Notes under the pieces: model-generated
Databases searched by the model: none
Told to the model about the DNA's origin: nothing
The model's input: only the letters and a program-made list of their open reading frames with translations
Shown: positions 26,098 to 34,169 of the stretch, in pieces
How positions within the stretch are numbered: the first letter of the stretch is position 1
Layout of the letters: each line of letters starts with the position of its first letter
NCBI GenBank assembly: GCA_030428405.1
Contig: JAUIEH010000001.1
Coordinates: forward strand, 5,082 to 69,081
Reading direction: 5' to 3'
Origin: Alphaproteobacteria bacterium
GTDB taxonomy: Bacteria; Pseudomonadota; Alphaproteobacteria; Caulobacterales; Maricaulaceae
Length of the DNA: 64,000 bases
Position numbers and translations under genes: made by a program

Positions 26098-26813
26098 GAA
26101 GGCTGTTGCTCGGGGGCGTCGCCGCAGCGTGCCTGTGTGCGAGCACGGCGGGGGCGCAGCTCTTTGGTCCGGGGCGGATCGTCTACGACCCCGCCAACCA
26201 CGCCCAGAACATCCTCACCGCCGCGCGAGCGCTGCAGGAGATCCGCCAGCAGCTCGAGCAGCTGCAGAACGAAGCGCGGATGCTCGTCCACCAAGCACAA
26301 AATCTGGAAAGCCTCGGCGTCTCGACCGCGCCTGAGCTGCAGGCGGCGATTACACGTGTTCGCGCGCTGCTCGACCGCGCCGAGGGCATCGCCTTCGAGA
26401 TCGCGGCGACCGAGGAGGCCTGGGCACGAGACTTCCCGGAAAGCTACGCCGCGCTCGACAATGTCGAGATGATCGCGACGGCGCGCGCGCAGTGGACGCA
26501 CGCCCGCCACGCGCTCGGCGCTTCGCTCATGACCCAGGCCGAGATCGTCGCCCTGGGTGAGGAGGACGCCGCGACCCTGCAGCGCCTTCTGTCGGAGAGC
26601 CAGGGCGCAGCCGGCAATCTCGACGCCACGCAGGCCGGCAACGAGCTCCTCGGCCTTTCCGTCTCGCAGAGCCTGCGCACGCAGCAGCTGTTGGCCGTCC
26701 AAGCCCGCGCCGAAGCGCTCGCTCGCGCGCGCGAGCTCGAGGAGGCCGAAGCAGCGCGCGTTCGCCGCGAGCGCTTCCTCGGCGACGGCGAAGCCTATGA
26801 GGAGGGCTTCTGA
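26082..26813 (+). CDS. trbJ: TrbJ (VirB5-like)
   Basis: Signal peptide, then IVYDPANHAQNILTAARALQEIRQQLEQLQNEARML, a typical TrbJ coiled coil. AAGGGAGG lies upstream of the start. Confidence 0.88.
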   Translation: MRSRMRRLLLGGVAAACLCASTAGAQLFGPGRIVYDPANHAQNILTAARALQEIRQQLEQLQNEARMLVHQAQNLESLGVSTAPELQAAITRVRALLDRAEGIAFEIAATEEAWARDFPESYAALDNVEMIATARAQWTHARHALGASLMTQAEIVALGEEDAATLQRLLSESQGAAGNLDATQAGNELLGLSVSQSLRTQQLLAVQARAEALARARELEEAEAARVRRERFLGDGEAYEEGF

Positions 26814-26814
26814 C

Positions 26815-27018
26815 ATGCGCCCCGTAACTCCAAACCGAGCGCAGCGAGGCAAGCGCTACCGGCCGTCGCGCCTGATGGCGCGCCCCCCCGGAGCTGATCG
26901 GCCACAAGCCGATTCAGCGCGAGCGAAATGGACAATCAAGCGCGACTGCGCGTCGCGCCTGATGGCGCGCCCGCGCGGAGCGCCTCGGCCGCAGGCCGAT
27001 TGGGCGCGAGCGAGATAA
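26815..27018 (+). CDS. Questionable 67-aa highly basic ORF built from an internal repeat, occupying the slot where trbK / trbK-alt normally lies
   Basis: ATG 26815 has GAGGAGGG 8 nt upstream. The peptide contains SRLMARPPGADRPQADSARA and SRLMARPRGAPRPQADWARA, 29 codons apart. It has no TM helix or lipobox, so it is not TrbK-like. Confidence 0.25.
   Translation: MRPVTPNRAQRGKRYRPSRLMARPPGADRPQADSARAKWTIKRDCASRLMARPRGAPRPQADWARAR
26864..27015. repeat. Two copies of a 65-nt GC-rich palindromic (REP-like) unit, period 87 nt
   Basis: Copies 26864-26928 and 26951-27015 share 55/65 identical positions by hand alignment. Each has hairpin CGCGCC-tgat-GGCGCG, a second hairpin (ATCGGC-cacaa-GCCGAT versus TCGGCC-gca-GGCCGA) and terminal inverted repeats TCGCGC...GCGCGA. 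Confidence 0.8.
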
Positions 27019-27023
27019 TCCCC

Positions 27024-28355
27024 ATGAACGATCTCGGCGTCATCGATCAGTTCACGGATACGTTTTCGACGTACATCGATAGCGGATTCGGACTGCTCGC
27101 CGGCGAGGTGGCGTTCCTCACCTCGATCCTGATCGGGATCGACGTAGCCATCGCCGGTATTATGTGGGCGCTCAATGGCGAGCAGAATGTGCTCGGCGCG
27201 TTCATCAAGAAGGTGCTCTTCATCGGCTTTTTCGCCTTCATCCTGAACAATTTCGCCTTTCTCGCCGACATCATCTTCTCGTCCTTCGCGGGGCTCGGGC
27301 TCCAGGCGACGGGCGCGACACTCACGCCCGGCGACCTGATGCATCCCGGCTTCGTCGCCTCGACCGGATTTTCGGCCGCGCATCCGCTCCTCGACGAGGC
27401 CGGCGGGCTTATGGGCCCGATCGCCTTCTTCGAGAACTTCGTGACGATCTTCGTCCTCCTGCTCGCCTGGCTCGTGGTGCTCGCCGCCTTCTTCATCCTC
27501 TCGGTGCAGCTCTTCATCACCATCATCGAGTTCAAGCTGACGACGCTCGCGGGCTTCGTGCTCGTGCCCTTTGCGCTGTGGAACAAGAGCGCCTTCCTCG
27601 CCGAGCGCGTGCTCGGAAACGTCATCGCCAGCGGCATCAAGCTCATGGTTCTCGCCGTCATCGTTGGCATCGGCTCTACGATTTTCGGCTCGATGACGGC
27701 CGCCTTCACGCCAGGCGCGGTGACGCTCGAACAAGCCGCGAGCGTCATCCTCGCATCGCTCGCATTGTTGGGCCTAGGTGTATTTGGCCCCGGCATCGCC
27801 AACGGCCTTGTCTCCGGTGCGCCCCAGCTCGGCGCCGGCGCCGCTGTCGGCACGCTCGCGGGCGCAGGCGCCGCCGGATACCTCGCGGGAAGCGCCGCTG
27901 TCGGTGCGGGACGCGCCGCCGCCTCGGCCGGAACAGGCGCGGTGCGCGCCGGCGCGTCAATGTCCGGGATGGCAACGGCCGGATTTCGACTCGGCCGCGC
28001 GTCCTCCGGACACAGCGGCATGCGCGGCGCGGCGGCGGGCGCCGCCGGCGCCGGACGCGCATCGGCCAGCGCGCTTGGCGCGCGCATGCGTTCCGCCGGC
28101 GGTCGTGCGCTTGGACAGCCTCGCCAAGCCTACGAAGCCGGCGGCCGCGCCGCCGTCGCAGCCACGGGCGGGCGCATCGCCAGCGGGAGCTCCGCCGACA
28201 TGGCCGCGCCGTCCTCCGACGGCGCGCCGGTCTGGGCGCAGCGGCTGCGCGCCGAGCAGGGCCTGCGCGACGCCGGGATGATGACCGCGCACGCCGTGCG
28301 CGACGGCGACCGGCCCGGCTCATCGGAAGGACCCGACGTGAAGGAGAACGAGTGA
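27024..28355 (+). CDS. trbL: TrbL (VirB6-like) with a Gly/Ala-rich C-terminal tail
   Basis: MNDLGVIDQFTDTFSTYIDSGFGLLAGEVAFL is the typical TrbL N-terminus. It has multiple TM helices. I reject the track ORF 26928 extension, which reads through the repeat. Confidence 0.9.
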   Translation: MNDLGVIDQFTDTFSTYIDSGFGLLAGEVAFLTSILIGIDVAIAGIMWALNGEQNVLGAFIKKVLFIGFFAFILNNFAFLADIIFSSFAGLGLQATGATLTPGDLMHPGFVASTGFSAAHPLLDEAGGLMGPIAFFENFVTIFVLLLAWLVVLAAFFILSVQLFITIIEFKLTTLAGFVLVPFALWNKSAFLAERVLGNVIASGIKLMVLAVIVGIGSTIFGSMTAAFTPGAVTLEQAASVILASLALLGLGVFGPGIANGLVSGAPQLGAGAAVGTLAGAGAAGYLAGSAAVGAGRAAASAGTGAVRAGASMSGMATAGFRLGRASSGHSGMRGAAAGAAGAGRASASALGARMRSAGGRALGQPRQAYEAGGRAAVAATGGRIASGSSADMAAPSSDGAPVWAQRLRAEQGLRDAGMMTAHAVRDGDRPGSSEGPDVKENE

Positions 28356-29050
28356 TGGTCTGGAGACGCGCAGGCGAAACCTATGGCGCGACGCCCGAGC
28401 CGGCGACGCCCTATCAGCGCGCCGCCCAAATCTGGGACGACCGCATGGGTTCGGCCCGCGTGCAGGCGCGCAACTGGCGGCTGATGGCGTTCGGGAGCTT
28501 CGTGCTGGCCGCAGGCCTCTGCGCGGCGCTCGTCTGGATGAGCGCCCAGTCGCGCGTCGCCCCTTACGTCATCGAGGTCGACGCCCTCGGCGAGGTCCGC
28601 GCCGTCGGACCGGCCGAGGAGCACTACGTTCCGACCGACGCCCAGATCGCCCATCAACTCGCAACCTTCATCCGCAATGTGCGCGGCGTCTCGATCGATC
28701 CCGTCGTCGTGCGCCTCAACTGGCTGGCGGCCTACGATTATGTGACGAGCGAGGCCGCCCAAACGCTCAATGAATACGCCTCCGAGCACGATCCCTTCGC
28801 CGAGATCGGCCAGCGCTCGGTCTCCGTCGACGTGACCAGCGTCGTGCGCGCCGGTCCCGACAGCTTCACGGTGCGCTGGACCGAGCGCGCCTTCCGCCAG
28901 GGCTCGCTCGAATCGACGACGCGCTACACCGCCGTCCTCTCCATCGTCATTACGCCCCCGCGCGATGCGGAGACGCTGAGGAAGAATCCGCTGGGCGTCT
29001 ACGTGCACGGATTGAACTGGTCGCAAGACCTCGTCCCGGAGGAATCCTGA
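28355..29050 (+). CDS. trbF: TrbF (VirB8-like)
   Basis: This is the C-terminal 231 aa of track ORF 27164..29050 and includes TPYQRAAQIWDDRMGSARVQARNWRLMAF. AAGGAG lies 9 nt upstream. The ATG overlaps the trbL stop (TGATG). Confidence 0.9.
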   Translation: MVWRRAGETYGATPEPATPYQRAAQIWDDRMGSARVQARNWRLMAFGSFVLAAGLCAALVWMSAQSRVAPYVIEVDALGEVRAVGPAEEHYVPTDAQIAHQLATFIRNVRGVSIDPVVVRLNWLAAYDYVTSEAAQTLNEYASEHDPFAEIGQRSVSVDVTSVVRAGPDSFTVRWTERAFRQGSLESTTRYTAVLSIVITPPRDAETLRKNPLGVYVHGLNWSQDLVPEES

Positions 29051-29051
29051 C

Positions 29052-30032
29052 ATGCGTTCACTTTCTCTCGGCGTTCTCGCCTTCGCCTTGGCCGGATGCG
29101 CCACGCCCACTCTCAGCGCCATCGATTTCGACACGCTCGATTTCGAGGAGGCCTATCTCACCGAGGACGAGCCGCTCCCGGTCGAGCTCGTCACAATCGC
29201 CGAGCCCTGGCCGCTGCCCGGTCAGCTCATGCCCATCGAGGAAGAGCTCGAAGGCCGGCCCGAGCCGCGCACGGCCGCCGGGCGCATAGATCTCGCCAAC
29301 GAGACGGCGCGCATGCAGCCCTCGCTCGAGGGCTATCTCAACGCGGTCCAAATCTATCCTTACACGCCGGGCGCGCTCTATCAGCTCTATGGCGCGCCCG
29401 AGCAGGTCACCGACGTAGCACTTCAGCCGGGCGAGGAGCTGATATCCGTCTCGGCAGGCGACACCGTGCGCTGGATCGTCGGTGACACCATCTCCGGGCA
29501 TCCCGACGGCGATCAGGCCCACATCCTCGTCAAGCCGGTCCAATCGGGCCTGCGGACCAATCTCGTCATCACCACGAACCGGCGCGCCTATCACCTCGAA
29601 ATGACGAGCTATCGCGAGACCTACATGGCCTCGATCTCCTGGCGCTATCCTCAGGACGAGCTGCGCCGGCGCGCCGCCGGCAATGTCCGCGCCCTGCGGG
29701 CCCGCGACGGCGTCGCCGCGCGCGAGGTCGCGCTCGAGCAGCTGCGCTTCCGTTACGTCATCTCTGGCGACGATCCCGCCTGGCGGCCGCTGCGCGCCTT
29801 CGACGACGGCCACAAGGTCTACATCCAGTTCCCCGCGCGCATCGATCAGGGCGAGGCGCCGCCGCTCTTCGTGCTCGGGCCCGACGGCGAGGCCGAACTC
29901 GTGAACTACCGCGTTCGCGGCCGCTTCTACGTCGTCGACCGGCTCTTCGCCGCCGCCGAGCTACGGCTTGGAACGGAGCCGCAGCAAATCGTGCGCATCC
30001 AGCGCGCCGACATCGGCGGGCGCCGATCATGA
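29052..30032 (+). CDS. trbG: TrbG (VirB9-like) lipoprotein
   Basis: Lipobox LAGC. Size and position fit trbG. Confidence 0.88.
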   Translation: MRSLSLGVLAFALAGCATPTLSAIDFDTLDFEEAYLTEDEPLPVELVTIAEPWPLPGQLMPIEEELEGRPEPRTAAGRIDLANETARMQPSLEGYLNAVQIYPYTPGALYQLYGAPEQVTDVALQPGEELISVSAGDTVRWIVGDTISGHPDGDQAHILVKPVQSGLRTNLVITTNRRAYHLEMTSYRETYMASISWRYPQDELRRRAAGNVRALRARDGVAAREVALEQLRFRYVISGDDPAWRPLRAFDDGHKVYIQFPARIDQGEAPPLFVLGPDGEAELVNYRVRGRFYVVDRLFAAAELRLGTEPQQIVRIQRADIGGRRS

Positions 30033-31240
30033 GCGCGGCCGAGGCCTCCGACCCGCTCGAGCTGCGCGCGCAGCCGCGGCCCGTCAGGCGGTTCAACCGC
30101 AAGGCGCTGATCGTCGCAGCCGCCGGCGTCGCGGTGCTGCTCGCCGCGTCCATGACGGTGGCGCTGTCGCCGCCGCGGGTCAGGGGCGGGGAGGCTGGCC
30201 GCGAACTATACAATGTTCGTCACGTCGCCCGCGCCGACGGCCTCGCGGCGCTGCCGGCGAGCTACGCCGACCTGCCGCCGGCGCTAGGGCCGCCGCTGCC
30301 GGGCGATCTCGGCTCGGCCATCCTCGCCGCCGAACTGGAGACCGCGCCGCCGCCGGCGCTGGAGCCCGCGCCCTTCCGGCCGAGCGCCGAGCTTGACGCC
30401 GAACGCGAGGCGCGCCTGCGCGCCGCCCAGATCGCCGAGGCCGCGCGCGAGTCCGGCGTCTTCTTCCAGCTCGCCAATGCGGGCGCCGGCGCGCGGACAG
30501 AGCCCTCAGCCGATCGCGGCTTCGACGCGCTCGCTTCGCCTTTCGCCTATCCGATCGGAGCCGACGCCCTCGCCGAGCCCGGCGCCGCCGATCCGCTCGC
30601 GCCCACGCGCGGGGAGGCTTTTCTCGACCGCGACATCGACGACTCTGTCATCAACGGCCACGCCCTCGAGGAGCCGGTTTCGCCCTATGTCGTCATGGCC
30701 GGCGCGGTGATCCCGGCGAGCCTCGTCACGGGCGTGAATTCCGACCTGCCGGGCACGGTCATCGCCCAGGTGACCGAGAATGTCTACGACACGCCCACGG
30801 GCCGCCATCTCCTCATTCCGCAGGGCGCGCGCCTCATCGGCGCCTATGACAGCGTCGTCGCGTTTGGCCAGGAGAGGGCGCTCTTGGCCTGGTGGCGCAT
30901 CGTCTTCCCGGACGGCGCCTCCATGGTCCTCGACAATCTGCCGGCGACGGACGCCTCCGGTTACGCGGGCCTCGAAGATGAGGTCGACCACCACACCTGG
31001 CGGCTCCTGCAGGGCGTGGCGCTGTCGACGCTCTTGGGCGTCGGGACAGAGCTCACCTTCGATGACGAAAGCGATCTCGTGCGCGCCATGCGCGAGGCCG
31101 CTCAGAGTTCGGGCGATCAGGCCGGCCAGCGCATCGTCAACCGTGCGCTCTCGATCCAGCCGACCATCACCATCCGTCCAGGCTGGCCGCTGCGCGTCAT
31201 CGTCCACCGCGACCTCGTTCTGCGGCCCTATCAGAGTTGA
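30029..31240 (+). CDS. trbI: TrbI (VirB10-like)
   Basis: One TM helix, a Pro/Ala-rich linker, then a conserved C-terminal domain (VIPASLVTGVNSDLPG...ITIRPGWPLRVIV). Confidence 0.9.
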   Translation: MSAAEASDPLELRAQPRPVRRFNRKALIVAAAGVAVLLAASMTVALSPPRVRGGEAGRELYNVRHVARADGLAALPASYADLPPALGPPLPGDLGSAILAAELETAPPPALEPAPFRPSAELDAEREARLRAAQIAEAARESGVFFQLANAGAGARTEPSADRGFDALASPFAYPIGADALAEPGAADPLAPTRGEAFLDRDIDDSVINGHALEEPVSPYVVMAGAVIPASLVTGVNSDLPGTVIAQVTENVYDTPTGRHLLIPQGARLIGAYDSVVAFGQERALLAWWRIVFPDGASMVLDNLPATDASGYAGLEDEVDHHTWRLLQGVALSTLLGVGTELTFDDESDLVRAMREAAQSSGDQAGQRIVNRALSIQPTITIRPGWPLRVIVHRDLVLRPYQS

Positions 31241-31251
31241 GGAGGGTACCC

Positions 31252-31476
31252 ATGAAGCTCGAACGACTGCCCGACCGCACGCCCGTGAAGCTAACCGCGA
31301 GCTTTCCGCCACGGGATCACGCCGACTTGGCGCTCAATGCGGAACTCTATGCGCGCACCTATGGCGAACCCGTTCCGCCGGCCGAACTCGTTCCCTCCAT
31401 AGTGCGCGCGTTCCTAGCCAGCGATCGCGACTTCAAGCGCATGCGCAAGACGGCGGAGCGCGGCGATGAGCAGTGA
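31252..31476 (+). CDS. DUF2274 domain protein
   Basis: MKLERLPDRTPVKLTASFPPRDHADL...ELVPSIVRAFLASDRDF, with the usual position after trbI. GGAGGG lies 6 nt upstream. Confidence 0.8.
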   Translation: MKLERLPDRTPVKLTASFPPRDHADLALNAELYARTYGEPVPPAELVPSIVRAFLASDRDFKRMRKTAERGDEQ

Positions 31477-31684
31477 CGCCGTACCATTCGACCGGCTGCT
31501 AACGGTGGCCGACGTGCTGGCGCTCACCGGCTATCGCAGCCGCACGACCCTGTGGCGCAAGGTGCGCGCGGGCGGCTTTCCGCCGCCGCGCAAGGACGGA
31601 ACGGCGAGCGTGCGCTGGCGCGCCTCTGACATTCAGCGCTGGATCGAGGGGCTGCCTGAGCAGACCTATCAAGGCCCAAGCTAA
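31466..31684 (+). CDS. AlpA-family helix-turn-helix regulator
   Basis: LLTVADVLALTGYRSRTTLWRKVRAGGFPPPRK...VRWRASDIQRWIE is the typical AlpA/excisionase-like fold signature. Confidence 0.8.
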   Translation: MSSDAVPFDRLLTVADVLALTGYRSRTTLWRKVRAGGFPPPRKDGTASVRWRASDIQRWIEGLPEQTYQGPS

Positions 31685-31713
31685 ATCGATTGTCGCAATG
31701 GCGATGCGCTCTA

Positions 31714-31812
31714 TGATCGATCGATCAAAAGTTTAGCTTCATAACCGATCGATCATACTGCTTGACTTATAACCGATCGGTCATCATATGAATGATATGA
31801 TCGATCGGTTAT
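31714..31812 (+). promoter_or_regulatory. Operator array upstream of hipBA: four related GATCGATCG-core palindromic sites
   Basis: The four sites are:
- TGATCGATCGATCA (31714-31727), a perfect 14-bp palindrome;
- ATAACCGATCGATCAT (31741-31756);
- ATAACCGATCGGTCAT (31769-31784);
- ATGATCGATCGGTTAT (31797-31812), the exact reverse complement of the second site.
TTGACT at 31762-31767 is a possible -35. The whole region is AT-rich. Confidence 0.6.
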
Positions 31813-31825
31813 ATGGAAATGCGTC

Positions 31826-32101
31826 ATGAAGATCTCTCGCCCGCAGGACCTCGGCGCGCTCATACGGAATTTCCGAACTGAAAATGGTCTCAATCAGTCC
31901 GAGCTCGCGCAACAACTTCAGACGTCGCAGAGGTGGGTTTCGCACCTAGAGAACGGCAAGCCGACAGTTCAATTGGGATTGGTATTGCGCGCGCTCAACG
32001 AACTAGGATTTACGGTCTCCATCACCCACCCCGGCCGAGAAGATCGCTCCGCGCAGTCGATTTCGCCGCGCTCGATAATTGACGACATCGTCGATGGATA
32101 A
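31826..32101 (+). CDS. hipB: HipB-like XRE-family antitoxin
   Basis: LIRNFRTENGLNQSELAQQLQTSQRWVSHLENGKPTVQLGLVLRALNELG is an XRE HTH. It overlaps the hipA start by 8 nt. Confidence 0.85.
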   Translation: MKISRPQDLGALIRNFRTENGLNQSELAQQLQTSQRWVSHLENGKPTVQLGLVLRALNELGFTVSITHPGREDRSAQSISPRSIIDDIVDG

Positions 32102-33395
32102 GGAACTCGTCGTCCTCGTCAATGAGACCGTGCTCGGGTTCCTCCGACAGGCACGGAACGGCCGGTTGTCGTTTTGTTATACAGACGAGTGGATGGCGCG
32201 CATCGACGCCTTTCCGCTGTCCTTGTCCATGCCGCTGGCGCTCAGGGAACACAGCCATCATGTCGCTCACGCCTATCTCAACGGGCTCCTTCCCGAAAGC
32301 GATGCGGCCCGTCGCGCCATCGCACGCCATTACGGTCTTTCTTCGACTACAGCCTTCAAGCTCGCAGCCGCCATGGGCGAGGACCTCGCGGGCGCCGTCC
32401 AGGTCGTGCCGCCAGATCGCTTGAATGAGCTCAAACGCCGGCAAGGAACTGCGCTCATTCCAGAGGCGCGCCTCGGCCGCTACCTCGACGAACTCAAGAC
32501 CAATCCGGGCGCTCTGCCCATCACCGAGGACGCCGGTCGCTTCAGCCTCGGCGGCGTCCAGGCCAAAAAGGCCGTCTACTGGGTCAACAACAAGTGGTAC
32601 GAGCCGCGCGGGCGCACGCCGTCAACGCACATCATCAAGCCGCCCATCCCCTGGCTGGACGCACAGGTCGAGAATGAACATTTCTGCCTGCGACTCGCGG
32701 AGCGCTTGGGATTGTCTGCGTGCCGCTCTGAGATCGTTCGCATTCACGACAAGCCCAACATCGTCGTCTGGCGCTACGATCGCCAGCGGCGCAGGGGAGC
32801 ACGCGTCCTCGAGCTCACCGAAACCGGCGGCTCGGTCGTTCGCATCCACCAAGAGGACATGTGCCAGGCCTTAGGCGTTGAACCCGTCAGAAAGTATCAG
32901 GAGGATGGCGGGCCCGGCATGAAGGCCATCATGGCGTTGCTCTCGGGCTCCGGTCGCCCGACGGCGGACCGGCGCCGTTTCATGGCCGCATGCCTCTACA
33001 ACTTCATCATTCTTGGCACGGACGCTCACGCCAAGAACTACTCCGTTTTGATAGATCACAGCCACTATCGGCTTGCGCCTCTCTACGACATCAACTCGGT
33101 GCTGCCGTATGAGTCCCGCCTCGACGGGTCTCGCAAGCTCGCCATGTCAGTGGGCGGACAGAACAAGTGGCGAGCGATTGCTCTGCGAGACTGGGAAAAA
33201 GCCGCCGACGAATGTGGCTATCCCTTCGACGAACTCGTCGACCAACTCACAAAATTGCTCAATGCCGCGCCGGACGCCGCAGCGAGTGTGCTCAACTCAT
33301 GCCAGGCGGCCGGACTTGATTCTCCGATCTTGGTTCGCTTGGCCGATCAGATCGCTCGGCGCTGCGGCAAGCTAAAGCGATCGTTTGAACTCTAA
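32094..33395 (+). CDS. hipA: HipA-family serine/threonine kinase toxin
   Basis: FSLGGVQAKKAV (P-loop-like), TDAHAKNYSVL (catalytic loop) and LAPLYDINSV. I prefer ATG 32094 (MDKELVVLVNE). Confidence 0.9.
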   Translation: MDKELVVLVNETVLGFLRQARNGRLSFCYTDEWMARIDAFPLSLSMPLALREHSHHVAHAYLNGLLPESDAARRAIARHYGLSSTTAFKLAAAMGEDLAGAVQVVPPDRLNELKRRQGTALIPEARLGRYLDELKTNPGALPITEDAGRFSLGGVQAKKAVYWVNNKWYEPRGRTPSTHIIKPPIPWLDAQVENEHFCLRLAERLGLSACRSEIVRIHDKPNIVVWRYDRQRRRGARVLELTETGGSVVRIHQEDMCQALGVEPVRKYQEDGGPGMKAIMALLSGSGRPTADRRRFMAACLYNFIILGTDAHAKNYSVLIDHSHYRLAPLYDINSVLPYESRLDGSRKLAMSVGGQNKWRAIALRDWEKAADECGYPFDELVDQLTKLLNAAPDAAASVLNSCQAAGLDSPILVRLADQIARRCGKLKRSFEL

Positions 33396-33718
33396 TTGCA
33401 CGGCGGCCGCCGCCCTACGACGACGAGGGTCCCCACACTCCATGACTGCGCCAAGCTTGCACGCCGCCGCCAGTTGGCGGTTCAGCTCGAGCGCGACGAT
33501 GCCATGGAAGTGTTGGACGCTTCATTCGGCGATCCCAGCGAGGTCCCGTCACCGCAGGGACCCGTTGCGAATGAGCAAACTGACCGCGGCCCTGACTTGC
33601 GATCACGAACTGTGATTTCAAGGCTTAACTCGCCGTCCAGGCATTGTGTGGTGCAAGCCGGCCTCGCCTCGGACCAATGACTAGGTAGCGCGGAGCGCCG
33701 CCGGCTCGCCAAATGCGC

Positions 33719-34168
33719 TCACTCCGTCTCCGCGGGCTCTATCTCCACGACGCGGAACACATCGTCGCGGCCGCGGCGGATGGTGAAGTTCACGTCCTGG
33801 CCTGCTTCGAACGCCGAAAGATCGACGCGGCGCGTGACCGGGACGTCCATCGTCATAGCCGGCCAGCCGATCTCGGGCATCGGCGGATGCGTGATGTTGA
33901 TCGAGCCTGCCTCAGCGTCGACGGCGTTGATGGTTCCAAGCGCAGTCGCCTCGCTGGCGTCCCCGGCGCCGAGATCGATTCCGCCGTGCCCATAGGATGC
34001 GCCCTCGTCGGTCATCTCGTCATCCGTCATGGCGTCGTGATCATTCGCCATCTCGTCGCGATGCGCGCCGTTATCCGCGTGCGACTGGTCCATCTCGTTG
34101 GCGTTCGAGCAGCCCGCGAAAACGATCAGCGATCCGGCCATGGCGGCGATGCGGAGTGAAACAGGCAT
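33719..34168 (-). CDS. cusF: CusF-like periplasmic copper-binding lipoprotein with a His/Asp/Met-rich N-terminal region
   Basis: Lipobox FAGCS. The C-terminal domain GTINAVDAEAGSINITHPPMPEIGWPAMTMDVPV is CusF-like. It lies directly downstream of the RND pump gene. Confidence 0.8.
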   Translation of the reverse strand: MPVSLRIAAMAGSLIVFAGCSNANEMDQSHADNGAHRDEMANDHDAMTDDEMTDEGASYGHGGIDLGAGDASEATALGTINAVDAEAGSINITHPPMPEIGWPAMTMDVPVTRRVDLSAFEAGQDVNFTIRRGRDDVFRVVEIEPAETE

Positions 34169-34169
34169 G

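Noticed and set aside
26815-27018. Calling the small ORF between trbJ and trbL TrbK or TrbK-alt (entry exclusion)
   Set aside because: It has no lipobox, signal peptide or TM helix. Its sequence is generated by a duplicated palindromic DNA element. It is kept only as a low-confidence ORF.
27780-28330. Repetitive-looking GC-rich stretch in the 3' part of trbL
   Set aside because: It encodes the Gly/Ala-rich low-complexity C-terminal tail common in TrbL/VirB6 proteins. I could find no defined repeat unit or period.
31762-31792. Assigning a precise sigma-70 promoter (TTGACT plus a -10) for hipBA
   Set aside because: The -35-like hexamer is clear, but no convincing -10 hexamer sits at 16-19 nt (CATATG / TATGAA only). 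I therefore report only the operator array.
33396-33718. Short ORFs (33396..33680 +, 33482..33712 -) in the gap between hipA and the cusF-like gene, considered as possible gene remnants or a module junction
   Set aside because: They show no recognisable similarity or motif, no RBS and an odd composition. I treat the region as non-coding junction sequence and could not find flanking repeats.
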